DNA of 38,455 bases from the IMG/VR virus record IMGVR_UViG_2713896790_000012; one strand, given 5' to 3'. The notes beneath the pieces are model-generated. The model searched no databases, had not been told where the DNA came from, and saw only the letters and a list, made by a program, of their open reading frames with translations. The position numbers and the translations under genes were made by a program. The stretch's first letter is position 1. Each line of letters begins with the position of its first letter. The DNA comes from a virus. Lineage: Duplodnaviria > Heunggongvirae > Uroviricota > Caudoviricetes. This document shows positions 18,770 through 27,947 of this stretch, piece by piece.

Positions 18770-20245
18770 TTAGGAGCGCCAAAAAAAACCTGAAAACAAT
18801 ATAATAACAGGATAAATTTCAAGGCGACCAAGAATCATAGCTATGCACATTAAATATTTTGCAATGTCATTAAGCACTCCGAATGACGATGCAGTAGCCC
18901 CAAAACCTAATCCCATATTATTAATACATGCAGCCACTGTTGCAAATGATGTAAGAAAATCATATCCCATACCATTTAACACCAGTATAAAAAACACCGT
19001 GAAGAGAGTATAAAGAAAAAAGAAACTCCATACAGACCTCATTACACGATCTGTAACTATCTTCCCTCCTACATTTACACTCAACAACGCTCTGGGATGA
19101 GAAAGCTGGTTTATCTCGTGTTTGCTTTGTTTGAAAAGTATAAGAAATCGAAGTGACTTAATTCCACCACAAGTTGAACCTATACATCCCCCAAAGAAAC
19201 TTGACAACAGCAAAAACACTATCGTGTGCGTGGGCCAGTTTGCGTAATCCTGCGTAGCTAAACCATTATCAGTGAGCATGGAGCTGGCAAGAAAAAACGA
19301 ATGAATAAAACTTCCAGGCAAGTCATACATACCTATATGCCAGACCTGGAAAGAGGTAACAATGATCACCCCTAAGGCTATTAACAGAAAGAAACGAAGT
19401 TCAATATCTCTGATTAAAGGTTTTAACGTTTTCCTGCTAATAACAATATACCAAAGGGTGAAGTTGAAAGCCGATAGCAGGGAAAAAGAACCAGCCACCA
19501 GCTCAACCAAATAGTTATTAAAATATCCGATACTCTCGCTATGAGTTGAGAAACCACCAAGCGAAACTGTGGATATCCCGTGACAAATAGCATCAAACAA
19601 AGGCATTCCTGCAAGTCTATAACAGACAATACAAGCAATACCTAATAAAGAATAAGTTATCCAAAGTGTCCGTGACGTATCGGCCAGGCGGGGAGTAAGT
19701 TTGTCATCCTTAAATGGCCCTGGCATTTCTGACTGATAAAGCTTTGCACCACCAATACCCAATAATGGCAATACAGCAACCGCCAGAACAATAACTCCTA
19801 AGCCACCTATAAAATTTAACTGTGACCGATAGTACAAATATGCCCGAGGTAATGAACTAACATCATCAATTACAGTTGCTCCTGTTGTTGTTATTCCAGA
19901 AACCCCTTCAAATAGAGCATCAATAAACGTTAAATTAAGTTCTGAGTCAATCCATAAAGGGAATGCACTAATAACAGAAAACAAAATCCAAAACATTACA
20001 ATTATAATAAACCCATCACGGGTACGTAATTGAATACCAGATTTCTTAGTTGTATACCACGCTCCGCCACCAATGCAAAAAAATATAACGAAAGTTATAA
20101 AGAAAACGAACAGGCTTTTTTCTTTATAAAACAATGCTACAACCATTGGTGGCAACATTGAAAGACTATAGAGCCAAACCAGGAACCCACACATATGAGT
20201 AACAACTCTTACATGAGATGTATTCATATCTAAATATTCTTTCAA
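18770..20245 (-). CDS. trkG: TrkH/TrkG-family potassium uptake membrane protein
   Basis: 491-aa polytopic membrane protein with repeated selectivity-filter-like glycine motifs (GITTTGATV, GLGVIVLA, TVSLGGFST, NNMGLGFGA); AT-rich; same position as trkG in K-12 Rac. Confidence 0.8.
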   Translation of the reverse strand: MKEYLDMNTSHVRVVTHMCGFLVWLYSLSMLPPMVVALFYKEKSLFVFFITFVIFFCIGGGAWYTTKKSGIQLRTRDGFIIIVMFWILFSVISAFPLWIDSELNLTFIDALFEGVSGITTTGATVIDDVSSLPRAYLYYRSQLNFIGGLGVIVLAVAVLPLLGIGGAKLYQSEMPGPFKDDKLTPRLADTSRTLWITYSLLGIACIVCYRLAGMPLFDAICHGISTVSLGGFSTHSESIGYFNNYLVELVAGSFSLLSAFNFTLWYIVISRKTLKPLIRDIELRFFLLIALGVIIVTSFQVWHIGMYDLPGSFIHSFFLASSMLTDNGLATQDYANWPTHTIVFLLLSSFFGGCIGSTCGGIKSLRFLILFKQSKHEINQLSHPRALLSVNVGGKIVTDRVMRSVWSFFFLYTLFTVFFILVLNGMGYDFLTSFATVAACINNMGLGFGATASSFGVLNDIAKYLMCIAMILGRLEIYPVIILFSGFFWRS

Positions 20246-20364
20246 TTATAACCACCTTGCTGCAACATTATGATTATACTGTATAAAATTTAACTCATCT
20301 TAGATCTTACTTCACTGTTCCTTATGAAACAATCATCAAAATGAATCATATTGTAGTTAAGATT

Positions 20365-20911
20365 TTACTTTAAACACTGTTCGGTTATGTATTGCTGAGC
20401 ACCTTCAAGTTGGGCCTGCATCATTACCAGTCGTTCCCGGAGGGTGAAATAATCCCGTTCAGCGGTGTCTGCCAGTCTGGGGGAGACTGCATTATCCACG
20501 CTGGAGGCGATGGTGGCTTCACGCACGGACGGACAGACTGCTTTGATGTGCAACCGACGACGACCAGCGGCAACATCATCACGCAGAGCATCANNNNNNN
20601 NNNNNNNNNNNNNNNNNNNNNNNNNNNNNNNNNNNNNNNNNNNGACCAGCGGCAACATCATCACGCAGAGCATCATTTTCAGCTTTCGCATCAGCTAACT
20701 CCTTCAGGTATTTTGCATCGAGTGCAGCAACATCACGCTGGCGTATCTGCATGTCAGTAATGATTGCGGTCGCCTGGTTGAGTTTTTCCTTCACATTATC
20801 GCGTTGCGCTTTGTAGGTAATGGCATTATCACGGTAATGATTAACAGCCCATGACAGGCAGACGATGATGCAGATAACCAGAGCGGAGATAATCGCGGTT
20901 ACTCTGTTCAT
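20365..20911 (-). CDS. rzpR: Rz i-spanin, interrupted by a 50-N gap with duplicated flanks
   Basis: [38 protein letters not shown]...[20 protein letters not shown]...FTLRERL... matches lambda/Rac Rz from memory; start overlaps endolysin stop (ATGA). Confidence 0.8.
20424..20691 (-). CDS. rzoR: Rz1 o-spanin lipoprotein embedded in Rz (+1 frame), interrupted by the same gap
   Basis: [16 protein letters not shown] [gap] [45 protein letters not shown]; lipobox LVVVGC; proline-rich. Confidence 0.7.
20594..20643. other. Assembly gap (50 N) in Rz/Rz1 flanked by an identical 32-bp duplication
   Basis: gaccagcggcaacatcatcacgcagagcatca appears on both sides. Confidence 0.99.
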
Positions 20912-21405
20912 TGCTGACCCCACAAACAGATTTCACGCTCAATCTCACGACGAGTCATGAGACCTTTCCATTGCTTACCGCCAGCATATGTCCAGCGACG
21001 TAGCTGATCACATGCGCCTTTGATATCGCCCTGGTTTATTTTGCGAAGAAGCGTCGATGTTCTGAAATTGCCAGCGTCCACGTTGTAAACGAACGAGTAA
21101 AGAGCGCCGCGCGTTGTTTCCGGTATATCAACTTTTATGTACGGGTTAATTTGTCTGGCGACCGTGGCAAGGTCTTTATTCAGGAGGGCTTTGCATTCTG
21201 CTTTGGTATACGTTTTACCGAGCATGATGTCTTTTCCTGTATGCCCGTGACATACAGTCCATACACCAACAATATCTTTGTATGGTATGTAGCTGACACC
21301 TTCCAGACCATCGTTACCACTTGGGCCAGTGATTAACACTGATGCTATAGCAATTGCTCCGCCACCAATAGCAGCAGCAACGGCTTTTCGTAATGATGGA
21401 GGCAT
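20908..21405 (-). CDS. SAR endolysin (lysozyme with N-terminal signal-anchor-release domain), phage 21 R-like
   Basis: 165 aa; N-terminal weakly hydrophobic Gly/Ala-rich segment ([20 protein letters not shown]) then lysozyme-like region with catalytic-type motif; follows pinholin. Confidence 0.75.
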   Translation of the reverse strand: MPPSLRKAVAAAIGGGAIAIASVLITGPSGNDGLEGVSYIPYKDIVGVWTVCHGHTGKDIMLGKTYTKAECKALLNKDLATVARQINPYIKVDIPETTRGALYSFVYNVDAGNFRTSTLLRKINQGDIKGACDQLRRWTYAGGKQWKGLMTRREIEREICLWGQQ

Positions 21406-21620
21406 TATTCACCTCTCGCAGCCTTGCGCTTATCTTCTTTAATCTTGAAATAAAGGTTTGTCAGGTACGTCAGCAGGCCAAATACCAAGCTACCCAGCAC
21501 ACCTATTGCTGCCCACTGTGAGGGCGTGACTTTATCGAGCAGCTGTAAAAACCAGTAGCCAGCACTGCCTGCGGAGGTGCCATAGGCGACACCCGTTGTT
21601 AACTTATCCATGGATTTCAT
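21405..21620 (-). CDS. Pinholin, phage 21 S-like, with dual start (MKSMDK)
   Basis: [71 protein letters not shown] closely matches remembered S21; stop overlaps endolysin start (TAATG). Confidence 0.8.
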
Positions 21621-21960
21621 AACCCCCACCTCGCAGATGCGGGCGCTGTGTAATGGAAACAAAAAATGGCCACCAGCGGCCCGTAAAAAACACCCCGTCA
21701 AAGACACCCGCAGATGCCTTTTGTGTGGTGTTATCTGATGTGATGTGCGTCGGATGTGACGCGGAGAAAATGAAATAAACCTTATCTGAAATTAAGGTTG
21801 ATCTGAGGATTTAAACCATTTTTAAAGCTTAGTAATATCAACTCGTCTCCGGAAGGAGACCGATACTTATTCTTCTTCATGGACTTTGTCCCGCGGTCTT
21901 AATCCGACGACCGCGCTACTTTTCACCCTCTCGCAAATTGCTATCCAAAGGACGTTGTCC

Positions 21961-21993
21961 CACGAGTATTCCTGGATGCTCGTGTATTTTTTT
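21961..21993 (+). terminator. Plus-strand intrinsic terminator
   Basis: CACGAGTATTCCTGGATGCTCGTG hairpin followed by TATTTTTTTG. Confidence 0.4.
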
Positions 21994-22008
21994 GTCCTGA
22001 GAAAGGAA

Positions 22009-22035
22009 TAAAAAAAACCGCCTGATACGGCGGTT
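22009..22035 (-). terminator. Minus-strand intrinsic terminator between the tRNA genes and the lysis cassette
   Basis: Minus strand reads AACCGCC GTATCA GGCGGTT followed by TTTTTTTT. Confidence 0.45.
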
Positions 22036-22396
22036 GGTCAATTAAGGGATGAATTATTTAATTGTTATAAAACCGAGGCGTCGGGTGCCTCCCGAAGTAT
22101 TCCGTGCCGTATGGATACTGTGGTTTCCCGCTAAACCGACTCTTTAAACCACCCTCGCCCTGAGGAACGCCTCTGCGGTGCTTTTACAACACCAGAATGA
22201 TGCATCACCGACCCTGCCAGGAAATACAAAATCTCCACCGATAATGCACCATTCTGCTGCCGTAAAAAATCAGCACTGAGGCTACACCCGGCCTCAAATC
22301 ATAGCCAGAGAACAGAATGCTTTTTCAAAACAACCTGCTCCCACGTAATAAAAAAATACGCCAGTGCCGCAATACAATAAGGCTTGTTTCAAATGC

Positions 22397-22471
<75 letters not shown>

Positions 22472-22474
22472 ATA

Positions 22475-22550
<76 letters not shown>

Positions 22551-22796
22551 ATTGGTTCTTCAGGGGAGCGATATCACCGAGCAAAGAAGAGTTCCCCCTC
22601 AGAACCGTTTTCGATGATACGATTTAATATTCCAATCGCAACAACACTTTGCGTCAAGTTATGTAAATTTATTTATGTGTTTTTATTTTATGTGAATAAT
22701 TCACTTTCACTTAAAATATACATGACAATGTATAAACAAATTTATTTTGAAGGCGATTATTAAATGTCGTTTCTGATATCACGCCACAGAAACAAC

Positions 22797-22912
22797 AAAA
22801 CCCGCTCAATGGCGGGTTGTATTAAAGTTCATGCGCTTAATTTGCCTCGCGATACAGCTATGCGAAGCGTACCGAAATTGAAGCAGTTTGTGGCTCATTT
22901 TGCAATGATTTT
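22797..22912 (-). promoter_or_regulatory. Candidate late promoter region and tR'-like terminator downstream of Q
   Basis: Minus-strand hairpin AACCCGCC ATTGA GCGGGTT followed by TTGTTGTTTCTG at 22797-22818, about 100 nt downstream of the Q stop; promoter position inferred only by analogy with lambda pR'/tR'. Confidence 0.3.
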
Positions 22913-23449
22913 TTAAGCATAATCGAACGCTTCTCTCATAGGTGAATACAAAATGAACTCAGCAACACGCAACCACTGATCAACACGACGTCGGCATGTA
23001 ATCAACGCCCACTCTGGGTACTGTTCGTTTAATAACTCGGCCATCCTTCTCTTACTCATCCCTCGCCCCACATAACGCTGACTCAGGACATTTAGTAGTC
23101 CTGGATGATCCGCCAGAACTTCACCTATAACACTATCAATTTTTAGTGCCTCTGCATCAGTACAATGCGCCAGCCAGCTCTTTTGCTTGCCGTTGATCAT
23201 CTCTCGCAAAAACGCTTCCAGCTCAGCTTTCTCTATTCCCGCTTTTTTCATTCTGCGCAGGGCTTCATTGATGGCTGTTTTCGTCAATTTTTTTGACGCC
23301 AGCAACTGGTTAAACATATTCCCCGTCTTACCGCCGCCAATATACGACCAGCGCCCCCACATGCGCAGTTTTCCCTGAATCCAGACACTTTCCAGCGTGG
23401 TGAGACGAAGGTGTTCCCCGCTTTTGCCTGTATTTGTTGGGTAAATCAT
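22913..23449 (-). CDS. Late-gene antiterminator Q-like protein
   Basis: Start at internal ATG 23449 (MIYPTNTGKSGEHL...), overlapping upstream stop by 4 nt; ...KLRMWGRWSYIGGG... motif and position (last early gene before tR', tRNAs, lysis). Confidence 0.5.
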   Translation of the reverse strand: MIYPTNTGKSGEHLRLTTLESVWIQGKLRMWGRWSYIGGGKTGNMFNQLLASKKLTKTAINEALRRMKKAGIEKAELEAFLREMINGKQKSWLAHCTDAEALKIDSVIGEVLADHPGLLNVLSQRYVGRGMSKRRMAELLNEQYPEWALITCRRRVDQWLRVAEFILYSPMREAFDYA

Positions 23450-23736
23450 AAATAACCTTCCTTTCTCCAGATTTCTTGCGTGCGAAAAACACCTTCTGCA
23501 TGCATCAGGCGTAATTCTTCTTTGGTGTAATCGCTGGTTTTTACCCGCCCGTCGATTAAATCGTGGCATGAGTTACAGGCAATCGCTGCCTGCATATCGT
23601 GTGGTTTTGTCGCTGTTCCGCACGTCCCTGCCAACCTGTAATGCGCCAGCACAGAAGTTTCGGGATTGTGATTGCAGTAGCCAGGGATTCTGACCTGGCA
23701 CATCTGGCCCCGCGCCGCTTTACGTAAATCCACCAT
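23446..23736 (-). CDS. DUF1364-type Cys-rich nin-region protein (YbcO-like)
   Basis: 96 aa, MVDLRKAARGQMCQVRIPGYCNHNPETSVLAHYR...CNSCHD... resembles remembered DLP12 YbcO. Confidence 0.55.
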   Translation of the reverse strand: MVDLRKAARGQMCQVRIPGYCNHNPETSVLAHYRLAGTCGTATKPHDMQAAIACNSCHDLIDGRVKTSDYTKEELRLMHAEGVFRTQEIWRKEGYL

Positions 23737-24335
23737 TACGCAAACTCCAGTAGCTGCGCGGCCACATTTTCGACTTGTTCCGGAGAGGAAAATTTACGGA
23801 ACAGAATCCAGTTCCACAGCACATTCAGTACAGATTTATAAACCTGCTGAAACTCGGTTTCGTCCATATTCGCAAACGCGATGGATTTCGCCCGACGCCC
23901 ACGACTACCATCAGGATAAAAATGCTCGGTGTAAAATCCGGCCTGAATGGTTACCCACTCGCGGAAAGCGTCAAATGATTTGAGCAATGCCATATCCCGG
24001 GTTCTGCGTGTCGCAACGGTATTCAGATATTGTTCCGCGGCATCACTCAGAGCTGGCGTATGTTCCCTGCCTACTGATTCACACAGGTAATCAACGAAGC
24101 CGAACACCATTTCTCGTTCGCGAGGTGTGATCGCCCCACCGACCGGAGTCCAGTAATCGAATCCCAGTTGCAGGAGTTTGAAAAAACGCTTGTGGAATGC
24201 GTAGTTACGCACACGCTTAAAGTCTGCGTGTATCCACTCACCTATTTTGATTTGATGCAGAAAATCGCAACTCTCCGGCGTCGCCGGGAGAAGTAAACCA
24301 GAAGAAGTTTGTTTGACCAGTTGTATATGCGCCAT
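23736..24335 (-). CDS. Conserved lambdoid nin-region protein, function unknown
   Basis: 199-aa ORF co-oriented with and overlapping the next gene; family uncertain. Confidence 0.45.
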   Translation of the reverse strand: MAHIQLVKQTSSGLLLPATPESCDFLHQIKIGEWIHADFKRVRNYAFHKRFFKLLQLGFDYWTPVGGAITPREREMVFGFVDYLCESVGREHTPALSDAAEQYLNTVATRRTRDMALLKSFDAFREWVTIQAGFYTEHFYPDGSRGRRAKSIAFANMDETEFQQVYKSVLNVLWNWILFRKFSSPEQVENVAAQLLEFA

Positions 24336-24608
24336 TTCTCAATCTCTCGATGGCGCAGTGCAGCAGATGCCAGTTGTTCAGGCTGACGTATGAAGTATAA
24401 ATAAACTGGCTCCAGTGTAAAGTCCCCACCTTAATGGAATAAAAACCAAACAACAGATTGCCGGGATAAAAACAACGCTTATTATTAAAAGCGGTTAAAC
24501 AAATTAAATTTTAATGTTATGCAAATCTACCAGATCACCATAATATCTCATTTGAAAACCACTGAAATAACAATCCTATCAAGATCAATCATATTAAGGT
24601 GAGTAAAT

Positions 24609-24695
24609 ATGGAAAACAACAAATCTGCACATTACGCTCCTTTTTTATCTGTAATACTTTTTGTTTTATGCTGTGCGTGGGCATTATTTTTATAA
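24609..24695 (+). CDS. Candidate 28-aa hydrophobic small protein
   Basis: ATG at 24609 preceded by AAGGTGAG SD; encodes MENNKSAHYAPFLSVILFVLCCAWALFL*; below the ORF-track size cutoff. Confidence 0.3.
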   Translation: MENNKSAHYAPFLSVILFVLCCAWALFL

Positions 24696-24801
24696 AAATA
24701 TTTACAGATAAAATAAACTCGCCAAAACTGGTTAAGTGTGGGTGCGTTGAGGATGCATAATACATCAGAGGTGGCGAGGGATTTCTCCCTCGCCCGGTCT
24801 C

Positions 24802-24909
24802 TTACTCCTCAGGTTCGTAAGCTGTGAAGACAGCGACCTCCGTCTGCCCGGTTCGGATTCGTACCTCGCAGAGGTCTTTCCTCGTTACCAGTGCCGTCAC
24901 TATGACGGT
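24802..24909 (-). CDS. Hok/Gef-family type I toxin, C-terminal 35 codons; N-terminus hidden in N gap
   Basis: Minus-strand translation from 24909: TVIVTALVTRKDLCEVRIRTGQTEVAVFTAYEPEE* (stop 24802-24804) matches remembered Gef/HokC (...VVAALVTRKDLCEVHIRTGQTEVAVFTAYESE). Confidence 0.75.
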   Translation of the reverse strand, partial: TVIVTALVTRKDLCEVRIRTGQTEVAVFTAYEPEE

Positions 24910-24959
24910 NNNNNNNNNNNNNNNNNNNNNNNNNNNNNNNNNNNNNNNNNNNNNNNNNN
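24910..24959. other. Assembly gap (50 N) covering the 5' end of the hok-like gene
   Basis: Run of N read directly. Confidence 0.99.
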
Positions 24960-25128
24960 CAGATTAATGTTAAGCGTCTTGCAGGACGCGTAATGTTAAC
25001 TGGGGCTTTTCTCTATCTGCCTTTTGGTGTTCATGCCTGAGGCAGATAGCCTCAAGCACCCGCAGCAATTTTACTTAACTCCCGCTACCTCGCCAATATG
25101 AAATCAATAAGAAAGGTGCTCCATAAAA

Positions 25129-25815
25129 TCACTCCTTCTCTTCTTTACCGTAGTGGAGTTGACCAATTTTGATAAGAGGGCGTCCCTGAGATTTGCGGTG
25201 TAGATTGGTATCGCGCAGAGAATACACACAGCCACAATATTCCTGCTGATAGAATTTTTCGCGCTTGCTGATTTCAATCATGCGGGACGAGCCGCCCTGC
25301 TTGCGCCAGTTATAATCCCAGTACACCATGCCCGGATAATGCGCGACGGCTCGCCGCCCACAGTCGTTAACCTGCTGCATATTTTTCCAGCGTGAAATGC
25401 CCAGTGAACTGCTGATCACACTGAAACCATTTTCAGCAGCGTACAGCGCTGTCCGCTCAAAACGCATGTCAAAACACATGGTACAACGGATCCCCCTCTC
25501 GGGCTCCCATTCCATTCCTTTGGCACGTTCAAACCAGTTGTCTGTGTCGTAATCAGCATCAATAAATGGCACGCCGTGTTGTTCAGCAAAGCGAATATTC
25601 TCATCCTTACGAATTAAATACTCTTTCTGAGGATGAATGTTCGGGTTGTAGAAAAAGATGGTATAGTCGATTCCCGAGGCCTGAAGCGCCTCCATCACTT
25701 CACCGGAACATGGAGCACAGCAAGAGTGCAGTAGTAGTTTGTTTGCCCCGTTTGGGAGCTCCAATTTAGGCCGTTTGAAATCAGCAATAGTCATAAATAT
25801 TTTTATTGGGGTCAT
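25129..25815 (-). CDS. QueH-like (DUF208) putative epoxyqueuosine reductase homolog
   Basis: N-terminal [14 protein letters not shown] and C-terminal YCGCVYSL cysteine motifs, about 220 aa, consistent with remembered DUF208/QueH pattern; start codon uncertain (25815 or 25794). Confidence 0.5.
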   Translation of the reverse strand: MTPIKIFMTIADFKRPKLELPNGANKLLLHSCCAPCSGEVMEALQASGIDYTIFFYNPNIHPQKEYLIRKDENIRFAEQHGVPFIDADYDTDNWFERAKGMEWEPERGIRCTMCFDMRFERTALYAAENGFSVISSSLGISRWKNMQQVNDCGRRAVAHYPGMVYWDYNWRKQGGSSRMIEISKREKFYQQEYCGCVYSLRDTNLHRKSQGRPLIKIGQLHYGKEEKE

Positions 25816-25978
25816 GAAAATAGCACAGAGTGTAGCATCAGAGCAGGGCTATCGGGAATAGATGTCTAAATCTGGTAATATCTGCTTTTGACACAAAGCA
25901 GACAACCACGCTAGCTCAATCCTGTGCCGTGAAAATGTCAATTCACATCTGAACTAATGCTCTTTAATCGAGTAACGT

Positions 25979-26410
25979 CTATAAATAACGAAAATTTCTC
26001 TGATAAAATGCCAGTATGCGCTGCATAACTTCGCTCTTCCGGCACTCACAGCAAATTATGTTTTGGTGCCTGTCATAACGACGTATTTCTCCGTCAGGTA
26101 ATGACCAGATAAGGTCCGGATCAACCACAGATGGTTTCTTCACCTTTGCCCTAGATAGTTTTTTGCGGGCATTTTGCCAGTCCTTACGAGCCTGTTCAGA
26201 CGGGAATAACCCGTAGCCAGAGTTGTATACATCGCCACTGGCAACCAGCTCTCTGGCGAGAACGCTCATCAGATATCTTGTCGCACCTGTCTTGGCTTCC
26301 AGTTGCCGTAACGTCTCGCGCCCACTCCGGCGTACTAGCTCAACAACCTGTCCCTTGATTTTTTCCCGCTCTTCTTGTGTAAATACTTTTGCCATAAGCG
26401 CCTCCGGCAA
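25979..26410 (-). CDS. Hypothetical early-region protein (N-terminal wHTH-like, C-terminal CCEC motif)
   Basis: 143-aa ORF in the early operon; no family recognised. Confidence 0.45.
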   Translation of the reverse strand: MPEALMAKVFTQEEREKIKGQVVELVRRSGRETLRQLEAKTGATRYLMSVLARELVASGDVYNSGYGLFPSEQARKDWQNARKKLSRAKVKKPSVVDPDLIWSLPDGEIRRYDRHQNIICCECRKSEVMQRILAFYQRNFRYL

Positions 26411-27172
26411 TCACTTTTCCGATGCAACACAGCGAGAAGAATCAGTAATCTGTCGAACAATATCCCGGTGCTTGTTCAGCTCCCGCAGCGCGGCGCAGAC
26501 ACGTTCCCACTTCTGGACATGATTTTTCGCCCGACGCAGTTCGCGGTTTGCCATATGCAGCGATGGCAGAACGAGGTCATCCGCTCGCGTTTCGGTAAAC
26601 GATGGCAACGACTGCACAATGTCCGCCACAGTTTCTGTTTTAATATCTTCCTGTGTTGCAGCTTCCTGTCCCGGTAACGCAACACCTGCTGGTTGAGGAA
26701 AGGCTTTACCATCAGTTTCCGTTACCGATGCAGCTTTCGGCTCTGCTGGTAAATCATCGCCCGGCATGCAGTAACGAAATTTACCGTTCTGATTAACGCG
26801 AATCAGACGGCCTTTGCTGATTGCCATTGCCAGCGTTGAAGCCACTTTGCGTGATGTGGTGCCGAAAAACGTAGCCAGTTCATCCGCCGTTTGTGGGCCA
26901 CGTTGTTCAATCGTCGCGGTTAAATCGCACTCTGAGATTTTCGCTACTGTTGCCGTGGTGGTTTCTTCCGGCAGTTCTGCCTGCTCTGGCTGTTCCTGCT
27001 GAACGTTGTTATCAGCCACACGCCAGGTGTATACGCTTTTATCAACGAAGCCAGCCTTTTTAAGTTCCCACAGCTCGTTCAGCACTTCTTCACGACTGAT
27101 ATCAAGTCGCGCAGCCAGTTCTACCGACGTGGCTTTTCCCATTGCTTTCAGTGCATCAAAAACGGTTTCCAT
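26411..27172 (-). CDS. Hypothetical protein with two winged-helix-like segments
   Basis: Start chosen at ATG 27172 ([12 protein letters not shown]...) preceded by GGGAGGAAA SD; acidic linker; follows the helicase-loader gene. Confidence 0.5.
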   Translation of the reverse strand: METVFDALKAMGKATSVELAARLDISREEVLNELWELKKAGFVDKSVYTWRVADNNVQQEQPEQAELPEETTTATVAKISECDLTATIEQRGPQTADELATFFGTTSRKVASTLAMAISKGRLIRVNQNGKFRYCMPGDDLPAEPKAASVTETDGKAFPQPAGVALPGQEAATQEDIKTETVADIVQSLPSFTETRADDLVLPSLHMANRELRRAKNHVQKWERVCAALRELNKHRDIVRQITDSSRCVASEK

Positions 27173-27194
27173 TAAAATTTCCTCCCGGTAAAAA

Positions 27195-27941
27195 TCACTT
27201 CGCAATTCCTGGCTGGACGACATTCGGACGCCAGCTCTCCCAGTTAAAATTCACCCATCGCCCGCCGTTCATGGTCATGCGATCCATAATCCGCTCGCCG
27301 AGCAATGTTTTCATGGCCTCATAGTTCAGGTTTGTCAGCATCCCCACGCTGCGCATCGACGCTGTCCGGCGATCAACAATCTGGTGCAGCACCACCTGCT
27401 CGTTTTTTGTCTCGCGCTGAATGCCAATTTCATCAAGAACCAGCAGATCCACTTGGCACAGTTCCCGCAAAAATTTTTCGCCTGATTGCCCGTCGTCATA
27501 GCTGGCGTGTAGAGCACTCATGACATCAGCCACGGTAACCACAATCACTGTCTGGCCATCTTTCAGCAGGCGATTCCCGATAGCCGCCGCCAGATGGTTT
27601 TTTCCGGTACCAGGTTTTCCGCTGAACGCAAAATTTGTACACCCGGTCATCAGTTCATCAGCGATAGATTTCGCCTGGTTCAACGCGTATCGCTGACCGT
27701 CGTTCTGCACCTGGTAATTCGCAAACGAGCATTTGCGGTGCAATGGCTGGATGCCAGAGCGATTCAGAATTTTTTCCACCCGCAACTGACGATTCTGACG
27801 GTTGATCTCCTCACAACGTTTCTGGCCTTCGGAAAGTTGCCACTCGCGCCACTCCGCTACCGTTTTGAATGGGGCGGTTACATGTGGCGGGGCCAGTCTG
27901 CGGATACGTTCAAGAATGCCGCCTGCCGCAATATTTTTCAT
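27195..27941 (-). CDS. ydaV: DnaC/IstB-like AAA+ replicative helicase loader
   Basis: Walker [18 protein letters not shown], Walker B LLVLDEIG; 248 aa; downstream of replication-organizer gene. Confidence 0.8.
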   Translation of the reverse strand: MKNIAAGGILERIRRLAPPHVTAPFKTVAEWREWQLSEGQKRCEEINRQNRQLRVEKILNRSGIQPLHRKCSFANYQVQNDGQRYALNQAKSIADELMTGCTNFAFSGKPGTGKNHLAAAIGNRLLKDGQTVIVVTVADVMSALHASYDDGQSGEKFLRELCQVDLLVLDEIGIQRETKNEQVVLHQIVDRRTASMRSVGMLTNLNYEAMKTLLGERIMDRMTMNGGRWVNFNWESWRPNVVQPGIAK

Positions 27942-27947
27942 GGTCAG

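Noticed and set aside
20365-20691. 108-aa track ORF starting [16 protein letters not shown]
   Set aside because: Artefactual fusion of the Rz1 N-terminus with the Rz C-terminus caused by the 50-N gap shifting frame; annotated instead as Rz and embedded Rz1.
24860-24900. T-loop-like GGTTCGGATTCG and hairpins suggesting a tRNA-like or small RNA
   Set aside because: The segment translates cleanly on the minus strand as the Hok/Gef C-terminus, and the structured part downstream is its 3' UTR.
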